NCBI GenBank assembly: GCA_947313885.1
Contig: CAMZNU010000009.1
Span: forward strand, 64,396-128,395
From: an uncultured Clostridia bacterium
GTDB lineage: Bacteria; Bacillota; Clostridia; Lachnospirales; CAMZNU01
Length of the DNA stretch: 64,000 nucleotides
Direction of reading: 5' to 3'
Each line of letters begins with the position of its first letter. Positions within the stretch are counted from its first letter, which is position 1. The translations under genes were made by a program, and so were the position numbers. The notes below the pieces were generated by a model that worked only from the letters and a program-made list of their open reading frames with translations, was not told the origin of the DNA and made no database searches. Of the stretch, positions 28,991 through 36,994 are shown piece after piece.

Positions 28991-29902
28991 ATGATAAAGG
29001 ATAAAAAATTTAATTCAGGGTTTGTATCAATAATAGGAAGACCAAATGTAGGAAAATCGACGTTAATGAACTGTTTGATCGGTGAAAAAATAGCAATAAC
29101 GAGCCACAAGCCACAGACGACGAGAAATAAAATACAAACAATATTGACAAGAAGTGATTTTCAAGCGGTGTTCATAGATACGCCAGGGTTACACGATCCA
29201 AAATCAAAACTTGGAAAATATATGGTAAGAAGTGCAGAGAGTTCATTAAGTGAAATGGATATAGTAATGTATCTAATTGAACCTTATGAAAAAATAAACG
29301 ATAACGATCTAAGTATTTTAAAGAGATTAGAGAAAGTGACAAGTAACATATTTTTAGTAATAAATAAAATAGATACAGTAAGTCACGATAAAATATTAGA
29401 AGTAATAGATGTGTACAAGGATAAAGGAAACTTTGCGGAAATAATACCGATATCGGCTATAAATGCAAATAAAGTTGATTTATTATTAGAAAACATAAAA
29501 AAATATTTACCGGAAGGACCACAATATTATCCAGAGGACATGATAACAGATCAAGTAGAAAAAGAAATAGTAGGAGAAATTATAAGGGAAAAGACATTAA
29601 AATTATTAAACGACGAAATTCCACATGGTATAGCAGTAAGTGTAATGTCGATGAAAATTAGAAAAAACAGAAATATATATGATATAGAAGCAACAATATT
29701 TTGCGAGAGAGAATCACATAAAGGAATAGTAATAGGAAGAAAGGGAAGTAAATTAAAAGATATTGGAATAAGAGCAAGAGGCGATATAGAAAGGTTGTTA
29801 GGGTGTGATGTGAATTTACAGCTATGGGTAAAAGTTAAAAAAGATTGGAGAGATTCGGATTTTTTGTTAAAAGATTTCGGATACAATAGTAAGGAAATAT
29901 AA
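28991..29902 (+). CDS. era: GTPase Era
   Basis: G1 motif GRPNVGKST, DTPG, NKID, and a C-terminal KH domain (KGIVIGRKGSKLK). Confidence 0.95.
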   Translation: MIKDKKFNSGFVSIIGRPNVGKSTLMNCLIGEKIAITSHKPQTTRNKIQTILTRSDFQAVFIDTPGLHDPKSKLGKYMVRSAESSLSEMDIVMYLIEPYEKINDNDLSILKRLEKVTSNIFLVINKIDTVSHDKILEVIDVYKDKGNFAEIIPISAINANKVDLLLENIKKYLPEGPQYYPEDMITDQVEKEIVGEIIREKTLKLLNDEIPHGIAVSVMSMKIRKNRNIYDIEATIFCERESHKGIVIGRKGSKLKDIGIRARGDIERLLGCDVNLQLWVKVKKDWRDSDFLLKDFGYNSKEI

Positions 29903-29991
29903 AATAAACGAGATATAATTCCTATTATTGTATTGTATTAATGTCAAAATAAAGAGAATGATAATAATATAATACATAAGGAGTTGATGAA

Positions 29992-30147
29992 ATGGAAAAC
30001 ATAAATAATTATTGGAATGCATTCATAAATACAGGGAGTATAAATGATTATATTAGGTATAAAAAAAACAATTTTGACGATGATATAGAAACATATAAGA
30101 TAGAAAATATAAGTGAAAAAGGGTTTACAGATAAAAAGAATAAATAA
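29992..30147 (+). CDS. yqzL: YqzL-family small protein (51 aa, not in the ORF track)
   Basis: AAGGAG lies 7 nt upstream of the ATG. Translation is MENINNYWNAFINTGSINDYIRYKKNNFDDDIETYKIENISEKGFTDKKNK. The W..F..TG.I..Y..YK pattern and the position right after era match YqzL (from memory). Confidence 0.6.
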   Translation: MENINNYWNAFINTGSINDYIRYKKNNFDDDIETYKIENISEKGFTDKKNK

Positions 30148-30171
30148 AAAAAGTGCATATGCACTTTTTTT
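30146..30171. terminator. bidirectional terminator
   Basis: Palindrome agtgcatatgcact flanked by an A-run and a T-run. Confidence 0.8.
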
Positions 30172-30173
30172 AT

Positions 30174-30611
30174 TTATTCTTCAATGCTACTCTTTTTGAT
30201 ATTAATAGTAGGAGTAGTAATATTTTTATCATTAGAAAGTGATGATATATAATTTTCAAGACTATCTATTTTATTATTAATAATAGTAAATTCGGATTCA
30301 GAAATTACTTTTAAATATTTATTAACAAGAGCATTGTAATCATATTCAAATTCTTCGAACTTAGCACGTTGAATTTTAATAGAGTCTTGAATTAATTCAA
30401 GGCGAGTTACAGCTTCTTTTTTATAAGTGTCAGCTTCAACTTCAGCATTTTTTATAATATTATCAGCCGCTATTTGTGCATTCAAAATAGCATTTTTAAT
30501 TGCCAAATCCTTATCTTTATAACTTTTAATAACCTCCTCAAGTTCGTAGATATATAAATCAACCTCATCAGGAGAATATCCTTTACGTGTTGTAGAAAAC
30601 TTTTGTTCCAT
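30174..30611 (-). CDS. DivIVA-domain protein
   Basis: The ORF track ORF extends to 30629. I prefer the ATG at 30611 (MEQKFSTTRKGYSPDEVDLYIYELE) because GGAGG lies 5 nt upstream. The F..-RKGY-..-EVD motif is the DivIVA N-terminal domain, followed by a coiled coil. Confidence 0.75.
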   Translation of the reverse strand: MEQKFSTTRKGYSPDEVDLYIYELEEVIKSYKDKDLAIKNAILNAQIAADNIIKNAEVEADTYKKEAVTRLELIQDSIKIQRAKFEEFEYDYNALVNKYLKVISESEFTIINNKIDSLENYISSLSNDKNITTPTINIKKSSIEE

Positions 30612-30721
30612 AACTACCTCCATATACAAATTAGTGTTAAAATGTTATTATAAAGATAATAACATTTTAAATATATAAATACAATAATAGGAGTAAAGAG
30701 TTATAAAAAAAGGACGAGCAT

Positions 30722-31174
30722 ATGATAAAGGAAAAATATTTTATGAATATGGCACTTCATGAAGCATATAAAGCGTATAAAGAAGATGAAGTTCCGATAG
30801 GATGTATAATAGTTTATAAAAATAAAATAATAGGGCGAGGGTATAATAAAAGAACTCAGTATAAAAATGCATTATGTCATGCAGAAATAATAGCTATTGA
30901 TGATGCGTGTAAATATTTAAATGATTGGCGGTTAGAAGAATGTACGATATATGTAACAGTAGAGCCGTGTCCTATGTGTGGTGGTGCAATAATTCAATCT
31001 AGAATAAAAAAACTAGTCTATGGAAGTAAAAGTATTAAATCAGGTGTAGCGGGAACAAAAATTAATTTGTTTAAAAAAGGCATATTTAATCATAATGTAG
31101 AAGTTGTTGAAGGCGTATTAGAAAAAGAAAGCAATATACTTATGAAAAGTTTTTTCAACAATATTAGAAAGTAA
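30722..31174 (+). CDS. tadA: tRNA adenosine(34) deaminase TadA
   Basis: 150 aa with the CHAEIIAI and PCPMCGGA zinc motifs. Confidence 0.9.
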   Translation: MIKEKYFMNMALHEAYKAYKEDEVPIGCIIVYKNKIIGRGYNKRTQYKNALCHAEIIAIDDACKYLNDWRLEECTIYVTVEPCPMCGGAIIQSRIKKLVYGSKSIKSGVAGTKINLFKKGIFNHNVEVVEGVLEKESNILMKSFFNNIRK

Positions 31175-31203
31175 TTGACAATGAAGAAAACAAATGATAT
31201 TAT
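31175..31203 (+). promoter_or_regulatory. sigma-A type promoter of the infC operon
   Basis: TTGACA (31175-31180), a 17-nt spacer, then TATTAT (31198-31203). Confidence 0.6.
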
Positions 31204-31379
31204 AATAAAGTATTAAGTAGAATTTATTCTCACCTTTAGCAAAGCGAAAGGGTTCATAGTAATAACTAACAAAATGATAGTTATATAATTATGGACAGGT
31301 AGAATAATCTATCTGTTTTTTTTATTATGATAGACAAATAATATAGAGGGAATAAATTTTAAACTTTATGGAGGTGTAG
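31204..31379 (+). promoter_or_regulatory. infC-rpmI-rplT leader with attenuator hairpin (L20-leader-like)
   Basis: A leader of about 175 nt lies between the promoter and infC. It has a terminator-like hairpin acaggtaga / tctatctgt (one G-U pair) at 31295-31316 followed by T8. The position and architecture match the Firmicute L20 autoregulatory leader. The L20-binding mimic itself was not verified. Confidence 0.5.
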
Positions 31380-31382
31380 ATT

Positions 31383-31901
31383 ATTTCAGAATTAATGCTC
31401 AATGAAAGAATAAGAGATAAAGAAGTTAGACTTATAGGTGTAGATGGAGAACAATTAGGAATTGTATCATCAACAGAGGCTAAGCAATTAGCATTTGATA
31501 AGGATTTAGATTTAGTGAAAATTTCACCAAAAGCTAAACCACCGGTATGCAAAATAATGGATTATAGTAAATACAAGTTTGACCAAGCAAAAAAAGCAAA
31601 AGAAGCTCGTAAAAAACAAAAAACGATAGATGTAAAAGAATTACGTTTATCACCAAACATTGATAAGCATGATATTGATGTAAAAGTTAAACATGCTATT
31701 AAGTTTTTAAAAAGTGGAGCTAAATTAAAACTATCAATAAGATTTAGAGGTAGAGAATTAAGTAATACAGGAGTAGCACACAAGATAATAGCAGATTTCA
31801 TGACAGAAATCGAAGAATACGGAGTAATTGATAAAAGAGCTAAAATGGAAGGTCGTAGTATGACAGTATTCATTAGCCCAAAGAACGAAGTAAAAAAATA
31901 A
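31383..31901 (+). CDS. infC: translation initiation factor IF-3, probable AUU start
   Basis: The ORF track starts at ATG 31395 (MLNERIRDKEVRLIG), but that ATG is 18 nt from the only SD (GGAGGTG at 31370-31376). In-frame ATT codons at 31380 and 31383 sit 3 and 6 nt after the SD. IF-3 is identified by the EVRLI, PPVCKIMDY and C-terminal domain motifs. Confidence 0.85.
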   Translation: MSELMLNERIRDKEVRLIGVDGEQLGIVSSTEAKQLAFDKDLDLVKISPKAKPPVCKIMDYSKYKFDQAKKAKEARKKQKTIDVKELRLSPNIDKHDIDVKVKHAIKFLKSGAKLKLSIRFRGRELSNTGVAHKIIADFMTEIEEYGVIDKRAKMEGRSMTVFISPKNEVKK

Positions 31902-31932
31902 TAAACACAATTAAATCAGGAGGAATTATAAA

Positions 31933-32130
31933 ATGCCAAAAATGAAAACAAATAGAGCAGCAGCAAAACGTTTTAGAAAAACAGGAACTGGTAAATTTAA
32001 ATATTCAAAAGCAAACAAACAACATATTCTTACCAAAAAAAGCCCAAAAAGAAAAAGACGTTTAAGAAAAGCTGGGATGACAGATAAAACAAACATCAAA
32101 AAAATCAGAAAAATGTTACCATACGCTTAA
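31933..32130 (+). CDS. rpmI: 50S ribosomal protein L35
   Basis: 65 aa, [14 protein letters not shown]... Confidence 0.97.
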   Translation: MPKMKTNRAAAKRFRKTGTGKFKYSKANKQHILTKKSPKRKRRLRKAGMTDKTNIKKIRKMLPYA

Positions 32131-32161
32131 AATTAAACTTACAAATAGGAGGACTTGAAAA

Positions 32162-32521
32162 ATGGCAAGAGTAAAAGGCGCACTTAACGCAAGAAAAAAA
32201 CATAAAAAAGTATTAAAAATGGCTAAAGGTTTTAGAGGAGCTAGAAGTAAACAATATAGAGTAGCTAAGCAATCAGTAATGAGAGCAATGGCACATGCAT
32301 TTAAAGGTAGAAAGCAAACTAAAAGAGAATACAGAAGATTATGGATTACAAGAATAAATGCAGCTACAAGAATTCATGGTTTATCATATTCTAAATTTAT
32401 GCATGGTTTAAAAGTTGCAGAGATTAATTTAAATAGAAAAATGTTAGCAGAAATGGCAGTAACGGATAGTGAAGCATTTGCATCATTAGTAGAGACAGCT
32501 AAATCAGCTATAGCTAAATAA
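32162..32521 (+). CDS. rplT: 50S ribosomal protein L20
   Basis: 119 aa, [19 protein letters not shown]... Confidence 0.97.
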   Translation: MARVKGALNARKKHKKVLKMAKGFRGARSKQYRVAKQSVMRAMAHAFKGRKQTKREYRRLWITRINAATRIHGLSYSKFMHGLKVAEINLNRKMLAEMAVTDSEAFASLVETAKSAIAK

Positions 32522-32528
32522 ATAAGAA

Positions 32529-32560
32529 AAAATGATTCTACATAGTAGGGTCATTTTTTT
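32529..32560 (+). terminator. intrinsic terminator after rplT
   Basis: Stem aaaatgattcta / tagggtcatttt (two U-G pairs), loop catag, then a T-run. Confidence 0.65.
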
Positions 32561-32594
32561 ATTTGTATAATAATACGTAAGAATAAAGGACATA

Positions 32595-32626
32595 TAAAAA
32601 AAGATTCCTATAAGGAATCTTTTTTT
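32595..32626. terminator. bidirectional terminator (serves the ABC-F gene on the minus strand)
   Basis: Palindrome agattcct-ata-aggaatct flanked by A7 and T6. Confidence 0.8.
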
Positions 32627-32642
32627 GTTCGCCGTAATACTT

Positions 32643-34250
32643 TTATTTTTTATTTTTTTTCTTATTTTTTTGTTTATCTTCTAAATATTCATCGAAAGTC
32701 ATAAGTTTGTCATTTACACCATCTTCTGTAAATTCAATTATACGGTTAGCAACAGTTTGTAAAAATTGGTGATCATGAGATGTAAAAAGTAAATTACATT
32801 TAGTATCTACAAGTCCGTTGTTAACAGCAGTAATAGATTCTAGGTCTAAATGGTTAGTAGGTTCGTCAATAATATATACATTAGAACCTGATAACATCAT
32901 TTTAGATAACATACATCTAACTTTTTCTCCACCAGATAAAACAGAAGCTTTTTTAAGAGAGTCGTCGCCAGAGAAAAGCATTCTACCTAAGAAACTTCTA
33001 ATGAAAGTTTCTGTTTTATCCTCAGAATATTGACGTAGCCAATCAACAAGGCTTAAATCAACACCATCAAAAAATTCAGTATTATCTTTAGGAAAATAAG
33101 TTCTACTAGTAGTAACACCCCATTTATATGAACCGCTAGTTGGTTCTATTTCCCCAGTAATAACTTTAAAGAAAGTCGTTTTAGCAAGGTTATCACCAAG
33201 AAAAGCGATTTTATCGTAAGGTCTAACAGTTATACTAATGTTATTTAAAATAGTAACACCATTAATAACTACAGTTAAATTTTCTGTTGTAAGAACATCA
33301 TTACCAATTTCACGTTCGGCTTTAAAACTAACAAAAGGGTATTTTCTAGAAGATGGTTTAATATCTTCTAAAACAATTTTTTCTAATAGTTTTTTACGGC
33401 TAGTAGCTTGTTTTGATTTAGAGGCATTAGCACTAAAACGTCTAACGAAGTCTTCCATTTCTTTAATTTTAGTTTCTTTCTTTTTGTTTTCGTCACGCAT
33501 TTGTTGTAAAGCTAATTGACTAGATTGATACCAAAAATCATAGTTACCTATATAAAGTTGTATTTTACCGAAATCTATATCAGCTATGTGTGTACAAACT
33601 GTATTTAAAAAATGTCTATCATGGGAAACAATAATAACAGTATTTTCAAAATCAGCTAAAAAGTTTTCAAGCCATGTAATAGCCTGTATGTCTAAATGGT
33701 TAGTAGGTTCATCTAGTAATAAAATATCAGGATTACCAAAAAGAGCCTGTGCTAAAAGAACTTTAACTTTTAAAATTTCATCAAGATCTTTCATATAAAT
33801 GTCATGAAATTCTGTTTTAACACCTAAATTATTTAAAAGTGTGCTAGCATCACTTTCAGCATTCCAGCCGTCAAGTTCCGCAAATTCGGCTTCTAGATCA
33901 CCAAGTCTAAGCCCATCTTCATCAGAAAATTCACCAGCACTATAAATTTCTTCTTTTTCAATCATGATGTCGTACAATCTTTTAAAGCCCATGATTACAG
34001 TATCAAGAACTTTAAACTCATCATATTCATAATGATCTTGTTTAAGGATTGTAAGACGTTTGTTTTTTTCTATAATGACTTCACCGTTAGAAGGTTCAAT
34101 TTCAGAAGAAAGAATTTTTAGAAACGTCGATTTACCAGCACCGTTAGCCCCTATTAGTCCATAACAGTTACCCGATGTGAATTGAATATTTACATTAGCA
34201 AATAATGGTTGCTTACCATATTGTAAAGTTACGTTGTTTGCACTTATCAT
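32643..34250 (-). CDS. ABC-F family ATPase (YbiT-like size) with one degenerate composite ATP site
   Basis: 535 aa with two NBDs and no transmembrane domain. NBD1 has Walker A GANGAGKST and Walker B ILLLDEPTNHLD. NBD2 has signature LSGGEKVR and Walker B IIDEPTNHLD. However, NBD2 Walker A reads GDNLAKTT, and the NBD1 signature region reads DLDEILKVKV. Confidence 0.85.
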   Translation of the reverse strand: MISANNVTLQYGKQPLFANVNIQFTSGNCYGLIGANGAGKSTFLKILSSEIEPSNGEVIIEKNKRLTILKQDHYEYDEFKVLDTVIMGFKRLYDIMIEKEEIYSAGEFSDEDGLRLGDLEAEFAELDGWNAESDASTLLNNLGVKTEFHDIYMKDLDEILKVKVLLAQALFGNPDILLLDEPTNHLDIQAITWLENFLADFENTVIIVSHDRHFLNTVCTHIADIDFGKIQLYIGNYDFWYQSSQLALQQMRDENKKKETKIKEMEDFVRRFSANASKSKQATSRKKLLEKIVLEDIKPSSRKYPFVSFKAEREIGNDVLTTENLTVVINGVTILNNISITVRPYDKIAFLGDNLAKTTFFKVITGEIEPTSGSYKWGVTTSRTYFPKDNTEFFDGVDLSLVDWLRQYSEDKTETFIRSFLGRMLFSGDDSLKKASVLSGGEKVRCMLSKMMLSGSNVYIIDEPTNHLDLESITAVNNGLVDTKCNLLFTSHDHQFLQTVANRIIEFTEDGVNDKLMTFDEYLEDKQKNKKKNKK

Positions 34251-34450
34251 TTTTTTACCACCTATTATATTATAAATTATTTGATTACATTGAAAATTAT
34301 TTTACCATTGTAAATAGCTTTTGTCTATGTAAATAGAAAATAAAAGATGCAACAATTTATAAAAGTATATGCTAATAAATATATTGAAGATTGTGAAAAA
34401 AATTAATATAATTAGTATAAGATGAACATCATAGGGAAAGGAGAAACAAT

Positions 34451-35152
34451 ATGAGGCGTGAAAACAAAAATATAATAAAAAGATATGTAGTTAGTATGTT
34501 TACAATGACGGTAACAGCTGTATTTGTAAAAAAAATATCCGAAAAAAATAATGGTGTTTTAAGAAAGAAAAAATCAGGAACAAAAGCAAAACCAAAAGTA
34601 GAACCAAAACCAGAACTAAAACTAGAAGTAGAAGATGATAAAAAAAAAGAAGAACCAAAAGTAGAAATAAAACCAAAAACAGAACAAAAACTAGAAGTAG
34701 CAGATGATAAAAAGGAAGGAGAACCAAACCAGAATTCGAACCAAAAACAAAACCAAAACCAAAACCAGAACCAGAATCCGAACCAAAAGCAGAACCAAAA
34801 CCAAAAACAAAAAGAAAACCAAAAGCAGAATCCGAACCAAAAACAAAACCAGAACCAAAAACAAAATCCGAACCAAAAGCAGAACCAGAACCAAAAACAA
34901 AACCAAAACCAAAAACAGAACCCAAACCAAAAACAAAAACAAAACCAGAACCAAAAACAAAATCCGAACCAAAAACAAAAACAAAAACAAAAACAGAACC
35001 AAAAACAAAAAGAAAACCAAAAGCAGAATCCGAACCAAAAACAAAAACAGAACCAAAAGCAGAATCCGAACCAAAAACAAAAAGAAAAACAGAACCAGAA
35101 CCAGAACCAAAAACAAAACCAGAATCCGAACAAAAACAAAAATAAAAACTAA
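34451..35152 (+). CDS. membrane-anchored low-complexity repeat protein; frame after about 34727 is doubtful
   Basis: The ATG has AAGGAG upstream and the N-terminus has a hydrophobic segment (YVVSMFTMTVTAVFV). The first 92 codons carry KPK/EPK motifs using GAA/CCA/AAA codons. After 34727 the annotated frame gives N/Q repeats. The neighbouring frame (codon starts 34729, 34732, ...; stop at 35143-35145) continues the EPK/TKP pattern. Confidence 0.5.
   Translation: MRRENKNIIKRYVVSMFTMTVTAVFVKKISEKNNGVLRKKKSGTKAKPKVEPKPELKLEVEDDKKKEEPKVEIKPKTEQKLEVADDKKEGEPNQNSNQKQNQNQNQNQNPNQKQNQNQKQKENQKQNPNQKQNQNQKQNPNQKQNQNQKQNQNQKQNPNQKQKQNQNQKQNPNQKQKQKQKQNQKQKENQKQNPNQKQKQNQKQNPNQKQKEKQNQNQNQKQNQNPNKNKNKN
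34727..35145. repeat. low-complexity (A/C-rich) coding repeat, open in all six frames
   Basis: Imperfect repeats of gaaccaaaaacaaaaccagaaccaaaagcagaatcc type. The ORF track lists long ORFs in three plus and three minus frames here. Confidence 0.9.
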
Positions 35153-35170
35153 AACCTATAGGAGGTAAGT

Positions 35171-36943
35171 ATGAAAAAAGATTACAAGTGGTCGTTAAAC
35201 GAATTATATGAAAGTATAGAGACAGAAAAGTTTAAAAAAGATTTTAAAGCGTTAGAGGAAAAAACAGAAAATTTAATAAAGTACGTAAAAGAAAAATTTA
35301 ATAGTAATGAGAAGTATATAGAAAAGATAGAAGGATATATAACGTTAACGAATGAATTTAATAAATTATCAACGTTATCAACATATTTACAATTAAGAAC
35401 GGCGACAGATGCAGATGATATGGAAGCAAAAAAGAAATTGAGTGAAATATATAACTATGATGCAAAATATTCTGTTGTACCGGCAATGTTCAATAAATTT
35501 TTATTAACGTGTGAAAATTTAGAAGAAAGTATAGAAAAATCAGAAATATTAAAAGAACATAAATTTTTTATTTTAAATAGTAGAAAAAAAGCAAAATATA
35601 ATTTATCGGAAAAAGAAGAATTATTAATAAGTACGATGTCTATAACAGGAAGTAGTGCATGGAGTGACTTAAGAGATGATTTAATAGCGAGTTTAGAAAT
35701 GAAAGTGGAAATAGAAGGTAAAATTAAAAGTTTACCATTTCCAGCAGTTAGAAACTTAGCATATAGTGAAAATAAAGATGAACGTAAAAAGGGATATGAT
35801 GCAGAGTTAAAACACTATAAAGAAATAGATAAGGCAGTAGCAGGAGCGATAAACAGTATAAAAGGCGAAGCAATAGCTATTAATAAATTACGTGGGCTTA
35901 CGCCACTAGATAACACATTAATATTATCAGGAATAGATAAAGATATATTAGATTGTATGATAGATGCAATGAAAGAGAGCATGCCACAATTAAGAAAGTA
36001 CTTTAAAAGAAAAGGGGAGTTGTTAGGATATAAAAACGGATTACCGTTTTATGAGTTATTTGCACCTATCGGAAATGTAGAATTAAGTTATACATACGAT
36101 GAAGCATTAAATAATATTGTAAAAAATTTATCGTCATTTCATGAGACGATAGGTGAGTTTGTTAAAAAAGCGGTTGATAATAATTGGATTGATGGGTTAC
36201 CGCGAGATGGAAAACGAGACGGTGCATTTTGTGCGAATATACCAGCGATTAAAGAAAGTAGAATACTTAGTAATTTTTCAGGAACGTATTCATGTATGGG
36301 AACATTAGCCCATGAGTTAGGACATGGATATCATGGTGAATGTATAGAAAATGAAAGTTTAATAAATACAAACTATCCAATGCCAATAGCAGAAACAGCA
36401 TCAATATTTTTTGAAACATTATTAATGGAAAGTGTATTAAAAGATGCAAATGATGAGGAAAAAATAGCATTATTAAATAATTCATTAACAGATGAGACCC
36501 AAGTAATAATAGACATATATAGTAGATTTGTTTTTGAAAGAAATATGATAGAAGCCCGTGAAAATGGACCGTTATCAGTAGATGAACTTTGTACGTTAAT
36601 GGTAGATGCACAAAAAGAAGCATATGGCGACGGATTAAGTAGTTACCACCCATATATGTGGTTAGTAAAACCACATTATTATTCAGTTGATTATAATTTT
36701 TATAATTTCCCATATGCGTTTGGATTATTATTTTCAAAAGGTGTGTATGCCCATAGTAAAAAAGTAAATGATAATGATAAATTTATTAAAGAGTATAAAA
36801 AATTATTATCATTAACAGGTAAAGAAAGTTTAGTAGATGTAGGAAAACAAATGGATATAGACATAACAGATAAGGAATTTTGGAAAAATTCTTTAAAAAT
36901 AAGTGAAAATAATGTAGATTTATTTTTAAAACTAACTAAATAA
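35171..36943 (+). CDS. pepF: oligoendopeptidase F family (M3B) metallopeptidase
   Basis: 590 aa with the HELGHGYH zinc motif. Length and layout are typical of PepF. Confidence 0.85.
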   Translation: MKKDYKWSLNELYESIETEKFKKDFKALEEKTENLIKYVKEKFNSNEKYIEKIEGYITLTNEFNKLSTLSTYLQLRTATDADDMEAKKKLSEIYNYDAKYSVVPAMFNKFLLTCENLEESIEKSEILKEHKFFILNSRKKAKYNLSEKEELLISTMSITGSSAWSDLRDDLIASLEMKVEIEGKIKSLPFPAVRNLAYSENKDERKKGYDAELKHYKEIDKAVAGAINSIKGEAIAINKLRGLTPLDNTLILSGIDKDILDCMIDAMKESMPQLRKYFKRKGELLGYKNGLPFYELFAPIGNVELSYTYDEALNNIVKNLSSFHETIGEFVKKAVDNNWIDGLPRDGKRDGAFCANIPAIKESRILSNFSGTYSCMGTLAHELGHGYHGECIENESLINTNYPMPIAETASIFFETLLMESVLKDANDEEKIALLNNSLTDETQVIIDIYSRFVFERNMIEARENGPLSVDELCTLMVDAQKEAYGDGLSSYHPYMWLVKPHYYSVDYNFYNFPYAFGLLFSKGVYAHSKKVNDNDKFIKEYKKLLSLTGKESLVDVGKQMDIDITDKEFWKNSLKISENNVDLFLKLTK

Positions 36944-36949
36944 AGAAAG

Positions 36950-36980
36950 AAAAAAAAAGAGTGTAACCACTCTTTTTTTA
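36950..36980. terminator. bidirectional terminator between pepF and the grd operon end
   Basis: Stem agagtg / cactct, loop taac, flanked by A9 and T7. Confidence 0.8.
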
Positions 36981-36994
36981 TTTCTTTTTTTATC

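Noticed and set aside
31175-31394. SRP (4.5S/scRNA) gene, which often follows tadA in Firmicutes
   Set aside because: The region lacks the conserved SRP domain IV motifs. It is better explained as the infC promoter plus leader.
34429-35168. Long ORFs in five additional frames across the repeat (e.g. the 236-aa FWFCFWF... and the TRIRTK... ORFs)
   Set aside because: These are low-complexity A/C-rich repeats lacking stop codons in any frame. The products have absurd composition and no start signals, so they are artefacts of the repeat.
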